Shown: piece after piece, positions 52,494 to 64,000 of the stretch | How the letters are laid out: each line of letters opens with the position of its first letter | Position numbering within the stretch: the first letter of the stretch is position 1 | DNA from: Pocillopora damicornis | Lineage: Eukaryota | NCBI RefSeq assembly: GCF_003704095.1 | Contig: NW_020844919.1 | Location: forward strand, 1 to 64,000 | Length of the DNA: 64,000 nucleotides | Reading direction: 5' to 3' | Notes under the pieces: generated by a model | What the model was told of the DNA's origin: nothing | Seen by the model: the letters and a program-made list of their open reading frames with translations, nothing else | Database searches by the model: none | Translations under genes and position numbers: made by a program

Positions 52494-52524
52494 AGTCAGC
52501 GTTTATTCGGAATAAACGCTGACT
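52494..52524. repeat. Perfect 15-bp inverted repeat with 1-nt spacer
   Basis: AGTCAGCGTTTATTC-G-GAATAAACGCTGACT. Confidence 0.85.
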
Positions 52525-52543
52525 AAACTCAAATCAATGATAA

Positions 52544-55155
52544 AGCTGGTTGTGCTTTTCCCTTCGCATGAAAGTGGAGATAGCAAATTACAATGTAAGA
52601 AAGGAAATTTTCTGATTGGACACCCGAGCGAGGAAAAAGAAACCAGAAAGTTTTCCAGAAGTTTTATGACTTTTACAGTAATTTAGGTTCAACATAGTAG
52701 CACTTCGTACGAGGCAGTCAACACAATGTAAACTAAAACGAATTTTGTCAAAACATTTTGCGAAATTCGAGCGTGGTTTTCATGCCATGCAATGAATCCT
52801 TTACGAAACAAGTTTGTTCAGTGAAGATGGATATTCGTGTTACCTCACTTCAAATGTAATACATCCGGTGGAGAACTTATAAAACATTCAATTTGGGCAA
52901 TCTTGACTTTACGCATCGTCAATAAGGCAGGTTCATCGAGTAAATAACATCCCAAATCGATTTTTTTGTCATATACAGTTCATTAAACCTCTTTTAAGCG
53001 ATCACGAAAAATCAAGACAGTTCCAAGATACTTACAAAGTATTAACCGACCTTTTAAGTGCGGTCACTTTCAAACGATAGCTTAGCCTGATATGAAGACC
53101 ATGTCTTTATGAAGATTGTACGTCCATAACAAAATATTTTCGAAAAATGCATATATCCTCAAACAGCAGACGCAAACTTTACTTACCTCTCCGCTTAAAG
53201 TAGCAAACAAACAATTCCTAACTCCACTGAACTATACCTTTTTCAAATATCTCAGTTTTAAATGAGCTCACAGTGGGCGGGGGTTTACCCCCACAAAACA
53301 CTTTCATTTTCAGAAAGGAAGTCCCTCTTTAATGTTCGCATATGTCTTCCGGGAGAATTATCAGTGAAGCTGTGCTAATCGCGTAATAGGTTTATATGTT
53401 TGGCGGTCTTTTGGTCGCTAAAAGAAAACAGCTGCAGTGATTCGAGTGCAGGAGCATCTACCATTTCTCCCAAATCACACACACAAAATCGTCTACCACT
53501 GCTTCTCTAGCCACAACTTTTTCATTCATGTTTCGAGAAATTACTTATTATTATCAACTCTTTCCCTGACCGCTTTCACTTTCGAGGTATTGATTATTCA
53601 AAATCACGTCAATGGCAGGTATTCTTAAGAAACGAATTGAGGCGAGCCATGTTTAAATCACTTACTTTCAAACATAAAACGCAAATTGATAGGTATTCGA
53701 TGACGAATTACAAACTGATATCTCAAGACACCTGTACACAGTAAGCTTATTTACACTTATTTGTGTAAAACGAGTTGATAAACACAGATTAATAAATGAA
53801 TCAATGTTAATTAAAGTGTCAGACAAATAGATTACATGAATTATAATAAGATTATTGACACATTTCGGCTCTACTCGAAATGTATGGAACATTAAGGTTA
53901 TACATAATGTTGCAGCTGGTTGCGCTTTTCCCTTCGCATGAAACTGGAGAAAGCAAATTACAATGAAAGAAAGAAAATGTTCTAATCAGACACCCGAGGG
54001 AGGAAAAAGAGACCAGAAAGTTTTCCAGATGTTTTATGACTTTTACAGCAATTGAGGTTCAACATAGCAGCACTTCGTACGAGGCAGTCAACACAATGTA
54101 AACTAAAAAGAATTTTACTAAAACATTTTCGAAATTCGTGCGTGGTTTTCGTACCATGCGATAAATCCTCCATTAAACAAGTTTGTTCAGTAAAAATGGA
54201 TATTCGTGTTACCTCACTTCAAATATAATACATCCGCTCGAGAACTTATCAAACATTCAAGTTATCAAGCATCGTCAAAAAGGCAGGTTCATCGAGTAAA
54301 TGATATCCCAAATCGATTTTTTTTGTCATATAAAGTTCATTAAACCTCTTTTAGGCGATCACGAAAAATCAAGAGAATTTTAGATTCGTTAAGATACTTT
54401 CAAAGTATTAACCAAGTTTTTATGTACAGTTACTTTCAAACGATAGCTTAGCCTGATAAGATGGCCATGTCTTTATGAAGATTGTACGTCCATAACAAAA
54501 CATTTTCTAAAAATGTAAAAATCCTCAAACAGCAGATGCAAACTTCACTTACCTCTCTGATTAACGTAGCAAATGAACACTCTTAACTCTTCTGAACGCT
54601 TAATGAATCTATCGTTAGATTTCACAGTGAGCGGGGGGTTTCCCCCACAAAACACTTCCGCCCCTCTTTACGTAATCCGTCAAACTGTGCTAATCGAGTA
54701 ATAAGCCTGTGTGTTTAGCGCTCTTTTTATTAATTAATTGAAGATTATTCAAAATCATAACAGTGGCAGGTAGCCATGTTTAACCAATGCTGTCACTGCT
54801 TTTCTAGCCACAACTCTTTCATTTATGTAACGAGAAATTACTCAATATCATCAGTTCTAGATCTTTCCCTGACTGCTTTCACTTTCGAGGTATGACGTGT
54901 CATTCAATTAAATGATGATTATTTATATCATAACAATGACAGGTAACCATGTTTAACCACTTACTTTTAAACATGAAACGCAAATTAATAGGTATTTATT
55001 TTACACTTATTTGAGTAACAATAGTTGATAAACACAGATTAATAACCGAATCAATGCGAGTCAAAATATTGGACAAATAGATAACATAGGATATAATAAG
55101 ATTATTGACACACTACACTCTTCTCGAAATGTATGGAACAATCAGGTTATACATA
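52544..55155. repeat. ~1.3-kb tandem segmental duplication (52544-53906 and 53914-55155) covering the promoter and 5'UTR exon of lipase paralogue 1
   Basis: Both units start AGCTGGTTG.GCTTTTCCCTTCGCATGAAA and end CTCGAAATGTATGGAACA...AGGTTATACATA; each has an ACTTACCTCT minus-strand donor (~53181, ~54547). Confidence 0.9.
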
Positions 55156-55585
55156 GTTTAAAATGGCGAAGAGTCACCGTCTGATTTTTCATTTAAAATC
55201 GCGGATTTTTGTGAGGTTTCTCAGTTCTACTGACATTTCATTTCGTAGTTTTGCTCTCAATCTGGCGAAAGAGTTGATCGAGTTGAATCGACGATCGGGA
55301 ATCTTTGGTACAAACGTTGTTTGATGATATGCCAAGTACGCATACTATAGGAACAATCAATAGTGTATTGTCGTGACGGACATCATGCATGAAGAAACAC
55401 AAGCATGCGGTTTTGTCCTCATTATCGTAAGCTTAAGATTCCTTCTAAGAAAATTTTAGAGGAAATACACACCACAAAATTGCAAGCGTTCTTGGATCAA
55501 GTGGCGAAGAAGAGCTTCTTTCTGTTACCAAAGAAGATTGTCAAGGTATAAGTACGAGCTCGTCCTCGTGTTGTTAAACCATAAG

Positions 55586-55792
55586 TTATGCCCCGTTCAA
55601 ACTGTCATAGTGGTTAATGATAGTTTCAACTATCACGCGTATTTGAACACGAACTATCATGCTCTATCATCGACTACTTTCAACTATCATGCAGTTTGGA
55701 CATTTTCAAATTCGACATGATAGTCCGGTTGACGATAGTTTTTGCCGTTTGCACGAGCAGATGATAGTGAATGATAGTTTTTCGGGCAGCAG
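55586..55792. mobile_element. Probable PIF/Harbinger-type transposon end
   Basis: TTATGCCCCGTTCAAAC followed by repeated AACTATCAT motifs and their inverses ATGATAGTT; no second terminus identified. Confidence 0.45.
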
Positions 55793-56980
55793 TTTTGCCA
55801 AAACTGGGCTCAAACCGAGATGGCAAAGGATAAAATGAATTAAGTAGCCGTAAAAATTCCTCAGAATGTCTTGAAGTTCATTCTAATCATCTCCTGGTAG
55901 GCTTCAGTATCTTCAACTCGCAATTTCTTGACAATTAGGTGCTGCAAGGGGTCTGCACTTATTGATGACCGAATATTTTGGTAACATGTGACATTATCTT
56001 AAGATGTCTTTTCTTTAACTCGCAGTTAATCCCTACGATCACATGACTATTTTCCGCCAAGTCAGAAAAGCAATTCTAGCTTCTAAGATCTCCAGCGCGG
56101 AGACTGAAGACTTTTACGGAATGTTTAAATCTATATGTACTCCAGAGAACGTCCTTTTAAAGGTCTGATTTGAAAGTCGGGTAGGATTCAAAGGACTGTA
56201 AAAGATGTAGGTTCATCTACAATCAAGCTGGGAAGCGGTCATTAGTGATCGTCTTGCAAGGGAGGGGGGGCGGGGCGGGAAGCGAAGGATTTTGGTTCTG
56301 TCACAATAAAATTTACCTGATCCCTTCTAAGGCGCTGTAGCATTCTAATAAACTCCCTTTCAATTTCTTTATTCAATTTTTTTTGGTGAAAATGTCACTT
56401 TCAATTAACAAAAAAAGACTAGAGAGAAATCCTGGAATTGGTCGGACATAGTACTATTTGGCATATGGCGTGACAGCTTTTTACTCAGCTTCGCATTTTA
56501 CACTAGGACAGAACACGCTCTTTCAACCGATGACAGAGCACGTTATATCCGAACTTTATTATAAACCATAATAAACGGCTGAATGATGCCTCTTACAGTC
56601 ATTTTTTTTTCTCGCTAAAATAAACTAGCATTACATATATCATACAAAAATTTTGAGGTTTTGAAACTTTGTAAATTATAGGGAATTCTGTAATCTCAAT
56701 GAAGATTCAATGGAATCCTTTATTCTCAAAGACCCTCATTCATTCACCCTCCCGACCCAATCTTTCATGGTCATTAAACGGTAATTTTTTCTAAGCAATC
56801 TTGCAATAATAAAACATTTCTTTTGTTTTCCCACCAATAAACCCTCGTTTATAGAAATTTTCTCTTTAAATTAAATTTCTTAAAATTTCTGCCAATTTCT
56901 ATTCAGAGGGTACAATAAAAGAACATGCGCAGTCCCTTACTATTTTCATTCTCCGTAGTGGGACGGTACGTTCTTCTTCA

Positions 56981-59900
56981 TTACACAATATCTGCGAGTT
57001 CAGTGGCATCACACTCCTTAAGAAATTCCTCGGCACCAGATTCTACGCATGCACGATACCCCTCGCGGTGATAAGCTGTATAGAGTGAAGACGTAAAGAA
57101 TTGATTGACAGTTGACGTACTTGGGAATCCCAAACAAAGCTTTTTAGATATCCACTGAAGGACTTTGGAGTTTGAGTGACAACATTCACAGCAGCAGAAC
57201 GTCAAGCGGTCAACTTCATCTTCGCTGAGAACAGGCCCTTTACCCCACTCTTTTTCGTCAAGTCGCTCTCCGGTATCTTGGTGGTACTGATCCCAATTAT
57301 TTTCCAAATCTAGAGATGGTTTTCCATACTTGGGGTAACGAGGTGCGATGATCATTATGTCGCCTTCACTCACTTTCTCGTAGCTTTCATCGGGTTTTTT
57401 GTCGTAATACTGCACCTTAAATCTATGATATCTTGGCTGGCGACCTCGAGGTACGTCAACGTACGTTTTACGCATCTCCTCCTTCACATCACGGCCACCA
57501 AATCCCACAAACTCACAATTCAGGACCTTTCTGGCTTGATCCATCGATTTCAGGATCTGTTTGGCGTAGTCTTCATCGTTCACTATAAAACTTCCATCCA
57601 CGATTAAAATCCGCTTAAGTCTTTTCTTCAGTAGTGGTAGCAAACCAAATTTCTCCAGGCGACCACCATCACTGAGAGATAGCAGTGCTGGGGGCCTGGG
57701 GCCGACATTGTTCACTTGAAATAACTCACGCAACATTCGAACATGATATAAATGTACGTGACACCATCTGTAGGAAACAAAAGATCAGGGTCACTAAAAG
57801 TAATAAAAGCTGTGAAGTGCGCCAAAAGGTTTGATCGAAGATAAAGTTTTCAGAAAATACGTTTGTTTAAGAAGACAAAAACTATCGCGGCATTTTCGGA
57901 GCGCAATTAATGACAAAAAATAACCTAATGACAGGCTTTTCGAAAAATTAACCATCGTTAGAGCAATTTAAAATCAAATGTTGTAAGTAATCCAGGATTA
58001 AGAAGTTTTTTTTTTCATTGTGTGCTATGATTGTTATAATAAACTCAAAGCTCTTTCCCGCACAATCAGATGTAAAACGTAAATCAGACTGTTGCGTTTC
58101 CTTTGTTCAGCTCTGATTGTCAGTCGTAATTATCTTAGACTTGTTTTTATATGACATTCCGGCAATTGACAAGCGCTCAACTGAAGCATAGATTTTCCAT
58201 TCTGTACGGACACACACTGATAAGGTAGAACTCTCAAATTTCTCACCTTGCAAAGTTGTCGAGGAAGCATGGTGTTCTACGGCCAGTTTGCAACAAGGCA
58301 ATTCCGAAAAAAATTATAAAATAGACCACGAACGAAGCGATAGCGGCTCTCTCAGCATTCTTCATGTCCCAAGGAGAATGCCAGATGGCTGCAAGCAATA
58401 TTATCGGGAGGGCTGCGATGCTCTGGATTAAAATCGCTAAAATCTGAAACAAAAACGCCAGACAACACAATGAGACAACGGAATAAAAACGATCGGAAAT
58501 AGAAAGTTGTCGATGGTCAGTGGAGAGCTTATTTTGTTATCACCACGAGTCGTCCGTTTAACCACCCGCCGCCGGCCACCCACCACCTGCCAACCGCCGC
58601 CTACCGCCTGCTGCTAGCTGCTTACCGCCTGTTGCCCGCTGCCTGCCGTCTACTACCTGCCGCCTACTGCCCACCGCCCGTCGCCTACCGCCTGCCGCCT
58701 GCAGCCTGTCGCCTGTCCGCCTGCCGCAATTGCATTCGCCTCTCATATCGTTTTATCGTTTTCCTAAAGTTAGGTTTCACATTGCAACCCACCTTTGAAG
58801 CTAATTCTCCTCCACATCCGAAAGACTCATTCGGATTACTCCTGATTCCTTTTCGGAGGGTTAATCCCAAAAGCATCTGTAGATCTCTGAACGGCTCCTC
58901 CTGCTCCGGACTCAGTGCCATCACAGCAGCAGAGGTTACCATGGCATCCGTCTGATTGACGTATTTTGGATACAATTTGTCCTCCACACTAGGTTCCCCC
59001 GGCTGATGGTCGATTCGTTCATTCTCAGTCGGTGACAGTGCCATGATGGCGTAGGAAGGCTCTTTTAGGATCGGTTTCTTGCGCCAATAATCCACTGCCA
59101 CGTTACTGATGTATTGCGGTTTGACTTGCTTTAGGTCATCCATAACTAGAGGTTCTTTGGCTGGGTCGTGCTCCTCGGGGCTATAGCAGGACAGTATCGG
59201 GAAGAAGTCTCGGCAACTGATTCCGTTACAGCCAAGTAAACCAACGCTTTTCTTCGTAAAAAATGCTCGCTGCAGTCTCCACCTGAAATTGAAAAGAACT
59301 TCGCTCTATTACCCCATTCACGCAAAATATTTTTAGTTGAACCGGGTTTAACTAAATGAAAAGGACCAATATCAGTATCTGGGCAACTGCCCACCTACCC
59401 CTCCCCTAACCCAACATTAACCCTAAGTTGTTATCAATAGACTGTTGTTGGGTTAGGGGAGGGGTAGGTGGGCAGTTGCCCAAATTAGAAACAGAGAACT
59501 AAAAACTGAGTTTCCATAGGATTCAAGTAATCGCTAACTTTTGTTTTCAGTGAGCTACATTTAAAGTCGACAAACATCGGTTTAAGCAGCTTCTGTGAAG
59601 TAACAAATTTATAGAACTGTGTTTAACAAAAAAAGTTTAAAACACATTTAAGGTTTAGTGTGAATGAGGTATAAGATTGAAAGAGGCTTTTTGAAATCAT
59701 TCGAGTGTGCGCAGTAACTCTGCCTCCATTGAACTATGTTCCTCTCCTTGTCTGTATATCGCAGCCAAATAAATGGTTAGAAGCGTGATAACGTTAAAAT
59801 GAGGATTGTTCGATCCTTGGCATAAACCTACTTGATCTCCGTTCGTAGATGACAACACAACAGCTACCTCTTGAATTGATTGAGAAGTTAGCACTACTTA

Positions 59901-60839
59901 CTTGTAGTATGTAAAAATTGCCGTGGAGCTGAACATTCCAACGAAAGGATTCAACCATAAGCAAAATCCAGAAACGAGGAGAAGATTGTAAAAAAGTTTC
60001 TCCTCATACTCGATACCTATAACACTGGTCTCATACACTCGCCATCTCACAACGGATGCATAAACGTACGCCACTAGTGCTAAGGATGCCTTGCCTCGTA
60101 AGGGTGGAAATCCAAGCCAGAAAAAGATGCTCAGCACGATTACTAGCGTATAAAGCCAATCGGGAAGAACCTCAGTAAACTGCTCCATCAACCAGGGAAT
60201 GTACGTTAAAGCAAGCAGCGACCCGGACAAAATCTTGAAGTAACGGGAAATCGAGCGAAGTCTTAATGGAGCGATAGTCTTGATGACGTGGGACACAAAG
60301 AATGCAAGGAAAAGAAAAAAGAACAGGTAAACTGGCTTGCGCATCTCTGGCTCGTCGATTTCGAATTGTTGAGTGCAACGTTTCCTTGAATTGTTCAGTC
60401 CTTTTGAAATTTGTGGGACATCGGTGCAGTTAAAGCCTTTGCGCATGACCGTGCCAAGCAGGTAATCGATGACGTAGGCAGATGGAACAGCACCGGCGCT
60501 GTAGATGATGCAGGGGATTAGAAGATTGACTGTGATCAGCAGGAAAACCAGTATGATGCTCTCTAAAATGCCTTGCAATGGATTTTTCCAATTGCAAATG
60601 TAACCAACTCTGCTTCGCATGTGTTCAAAAAAATTTTTATGCCATTTCGGATCATCCTCTTTGTTGTTTCTGTATTTCCAATCCACGTAGGCGGCGGCTG
60701 TGTAATTTCCTCCGGAAACGCAGCTAACGTAATCAATTTTAACTTTACGATGCAGAAGCCTTCGTAACACACCGGAGCTCAATGCAGCAGAGCGAATTCC
60801 ACCACCGGAGAAAGCAAGGCCGGTCTTTTCCTCTGGCAT
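56981..60839 (-). CDS. Membrane patatin/cPLA2-like lipase, paralogue 2, complete, 4 coding exons, 803 aa
   Basis: Exons 60839-59902, 59282-58793, 58443-58247, 57767-56981 (2412 nt, phases compatible). Motifs: GLAFSGGGIRSA, DYVSCVSGG, TM block, YYKWRLQRAFF, PQYISN, DAMVTSAA, two further TM segments, LSLSDGGRLEKFGLLPLLKKRLKRILIVDG (catalytic Asp), FPSTSTVNQFF...YTAYHREG. Non-coding upstream exon donor ~61883. Confidence 0.88.
58561..58728. repeat. Degenerate GC-rich heptamer minisatellite (CCGCCTR)n in an intron
   Basis: Repeated CCGCCTG/CCGCCTA-like units; these explain the low-complexity ORFs here. Confidence 0.8.
59362..59482. mobile_element. Palindromic MITE in lipase intron
   Basis: Perfect 37-bp inverted arms: TGGGCAACTGCCCACCTACCCCTCCCCTAACCCAACA (59380-59416) and its reverse complement (59446-59482). 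Confidence 0.8.
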
Positions 60840-62996
60840 GATGTGGTAATTCCCTAGAAAATCTTGAAAATAGATGGGACAATTCCAATTAGATATATCT
60901 CAGCTTAATATATATTGCATATTTCCGTTCTTATTCACGAGATAAGTTATGCTCATTTCTCGATCTGGTTATTTACTCATCAGCAGAATTGATCAAACAG
61001 AAACAAATAAAAAATTAAAAGAATAAAAATCAAATTTATAAATGCTAATTCGAGCATAGGATAGCTCCTCGGTTTAGACCTGAATAACAACGTTGCGTTA
61101 CATGTCACGCGTCCCGCTTGTCAAATGGACGGAAATCCAATCTTTCATCATGAAAGCGGAATTTTTAATGTTTCCGTGATTCTACCAATTGCATCAGCCA
61201 TCCAAGATTACTACTGTGTCGTAAAGTCACAAATTGGAAAGCTTTACAGGTGAATAAAAGCCGATCAAGTTCAAAATGCTCAGCTCCCATTCTATAATAG
61301 TGCGGTCTGGTTTTTGTTAATTGGATCTCTGAGCGAGAGAAAAAAATTCAATGCTTGTTAAGGAATTTTGACTGTGACTGATGTTAAACTGCAATAGTTC
61401 GTCTTAAGACATTCAAAGCAGAGAAACCAAAATGAGTTTCGTCATTTCATTTCGAAAAAAAGCGCAATTCTTTCGTGTAATCTTCGTACACTATGATGAA
61501 TCCAATATTGACAAAGTTTGTTTGATAAACGCAACGACTTGTTTTGCCCTACTCCGTACGAAACGTTGAATAGATCTCAGCAAACATCGAGCCATCTTGA
61601 CCTTAGGCACAATCAATAATCATTCAAGTGAATCAAGTAAACAAGATCGTAAATTGAATGTTTTCCATTTGAATTGCTTCAAACCTCTCCTGAATGATAG
61701 AGAGAATTGACGCAAGAGTTAAAAGATCAAATTCTTACAAAATGTTTATAAAGTTATCTTTCTCAGATATTCAACTTTCAATTTCGATTCAGGAGAGAAA
61801 CACTTCCATAGGTGCGTAGCACATTCCTGAAAAGGATACTTAGAGAAAATTATAAAAAAAAAACAATGATAAACTGCGCTTACCTCTGAGGACTCTCACT
61901 TATTCAAATTATACACAGCTTTCAAGGAAAGCTCTTTATATCCATTCTCCTCAAATTCCTTTGCGGTTTTTTCCCCTCCCATCGGTTCAACTTCCTGTTC
62001 TGTTGTCCAGTAGTTGGCCGGTGACGCACGACGCACTCGTGATGTCACATGGATAGTGTAAAGATCCTCATTTCCAATCTAAGAGATAAAATTTGAGGAA
62101 AAAAAGAAATACCTTATTTTTTTATCGGCTACTCTGTTTATTTTATAAACAATATATCACGGGCAATAAATCACGGGAGTGACTCAAAACACTTCCCTTC
62201 TCAGAAAGCCCGGAAAAGTTGAGCATATGTTATGTGAGGCGCCTATAACCTCTGTACCCCTCTGAAATTTCAAAGTGTCAATAGTAGCTTTGCTGATCGA
62301 CATCAAACTCACACGATTTCTGATAAGTCCCCCACAAAAGTTGTTGACGTGTTTTGAAGTTACCGTCATCAATTCTTTCCCCAACTGCTTTAATTTTCGA
62401 GATTTCTTTCAGTTTCATTTAGCGTGTTTTAGCCGGACCATGTGTCACGCTATAACCCACTTTGAGCGTGACGTGTTCATAAATTCGGGCTTAACATGCC
62501 AGCTCGCGCGTAAGTTTCCACTGACGACAAAGCCACGTTGGTTTCCTCTTTTTTTTTTTGTTCATTACTTTTTCGAAGGAAAGAGTGCGTACATAGTATG
62601 AGCACAACACAAATCTATAAAATGTTGTAATGCAGTAGAAATAGATCTGTGATATTTTAAATCCTGTATGATGTCGGAGATACAGCCTCCTCTTTGCGTT
62701 CAAATCTTGATCCATAGTACTCAATTAATGTTTAATTCTACATATTTGCCGTTCGTTCTTCCACGAAGGTTGTGTAAAGAAAGGGAAACGCTAATTACGT
62801 ACGAACAGCGCCCAGGAAAAATTACACGGAAGGTAAACAATAACTATTTCATCACAGACTATAAACGGTCGCTTAGACTTTTCATTTTTCTTGCACGTTG
62901 CAAGCGCTGCTGCATTAAGCAGTGTTAAGATTAAAAAAAAATGATAAAAAAGGAATAAAATTTCGTATAAGAGTAGACATAACCCAAGATTTATGT

Positions 62997-63730
62997 TATC
63001 TACGCAACAGGCTATCTCTAACTACTTGCGATCCGCAAGAGCGCACGGTAAGTGCGTTTCCGTGATCCCTCTCTGGCTTGATCCAAAGCGAATTATATTT
63101 TTCATATCTGAAGGCTAAAAGTCATCAACGTGTATGGTGACAAATGCAATTTCCGGGACTTGTTGTGGGGTTGTTGTAAGTGGGAGGTTTGTTACGTGAA
63201 CCAGTGATCCAGATCAAAGAGGAATTTAGCGAAAGAATGATCAAAACATCACATTGCAACTAAAATTGAAATCTTACCTTTGCATTTGATTCCTCTTTCT
63301 TTGAAGTGCTACAGTCAACTTTCAAAAATACGGGGTAGAAGCACAGAGGATCGAGAATCTTACCTAAGTCGACCTTGGCTTTGTCTTTCTCAACACGTAT
63401 CATGCAGGTATTCTGGGCTTGTCATTTGATACAGTGGTTTCAATTCTTTGCTCATCATATTTTATATCAGATGACAAACCCCACTTGAATAGCAGTTGGT
63501 TAAAAATCGACTTAACGCAGATTAACCGTAATGAAACTTTCGCGCGGATCGCGCGCTCTCGCGAAAAGAGGCTGGGTTACAAAGCCCTTGTAATGGCGAC
63601 TATGTTCTTTGGAGATGTCCGAGGTTGATTTTGGTCGATTCCACCGCAGACTTGTTTAGGATAGTTTCGACCTTTAAGACTTCAGAAATAACCTCTATAG
63701 TTCTATTGTCAAAGGTGGGAATCAAAGGGC
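62997..63730 (-). other. Possible terminal exons of an unidentified minus-strand gene
   Basis: AG|GTAAG donors at ~63364 and ~63278, acceptors at ~63730, ~63308 and ~63107; more than one open spliced frame and no recognisable motif. Confidence 0.3.
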
Positions 63731-64000
63731 TGAAAAAGATGTAGTTTGAAGTGGACTCAATGTATTTTAGCATGAGTGAAAGACGTTTCTTTTCTCTTCT
63801 ATTGTCATTCACTTGGTTTTTGCCACTACAAGGGGGCATAAACGGTAAGGAATTCTTAGATAGTTTAAACATGGCGAACAAATCATGATATCATCACATC
63901 CAAACTAAGTAATGGTTTTCTCAAAAGTTTACACTAGATTTCTTTCCCTTCTCTCGGAGAATCGATCAAAATTAAATGTTATGTTTATTACATTTAACTT

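Noticed and set aside
58558-58955. Arg/Gly- and Pro/Ala-rich ORFs
   Set aside because: Translations of an intronic GC-rich minisatellite.
51106-60839. Bacterial contamination as the source of the lipase genes
   Set aside because: They have spliceosomal introns containing host-type MITEs, and AT-rich flanks with UTR exons like neighbouring genes.
63572-63600. Twister-like GGGTTACAAAGCCC
   Set aside because: The downstream GAG pseudoknot partner and P1/P2 stems are missing; it adjoins a small palindromic repeat.

Overview
This is AT-rich, intron-containing animal genomic DNA with three N-gaps. The repeat families and gene content suggest a stony coral or other anthozoan (inference). I reconstructed genes by hand from splice sites and translated motifs. 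In order along the window: the 3' end of an unidentified gene; tRNA-Ala(AGC) head-to-head with a 10-exon ZDHHC2/15/20-type palmitoyltransferase; a divergent pair of NRY-motif class A GPCRs; CNOT7/CAF1; a 54-aa Cys/His-rich microprotein gene missed by the ORF track; a 20-exon MOSPD2 head-to-head with a single-domain BPI/LBP-family gene; UNC50; and two tandem paralogues of an ~800-aa multi-pass membrane patatin/cPLA2-like lipase whose motifs resemble a bacterial family. The lipase pair is the best candidate for an undescribed system. Introns and spacers carry MITEs (Tc1/pogo, piggyBac, Mutator and Harbinger types) and Penelope-like retroelement fragments with minimal hammerhead ribozyme motifs, one with a compensatory U3:A8 core. 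Family assignments come from recalled motifs, not database searches.
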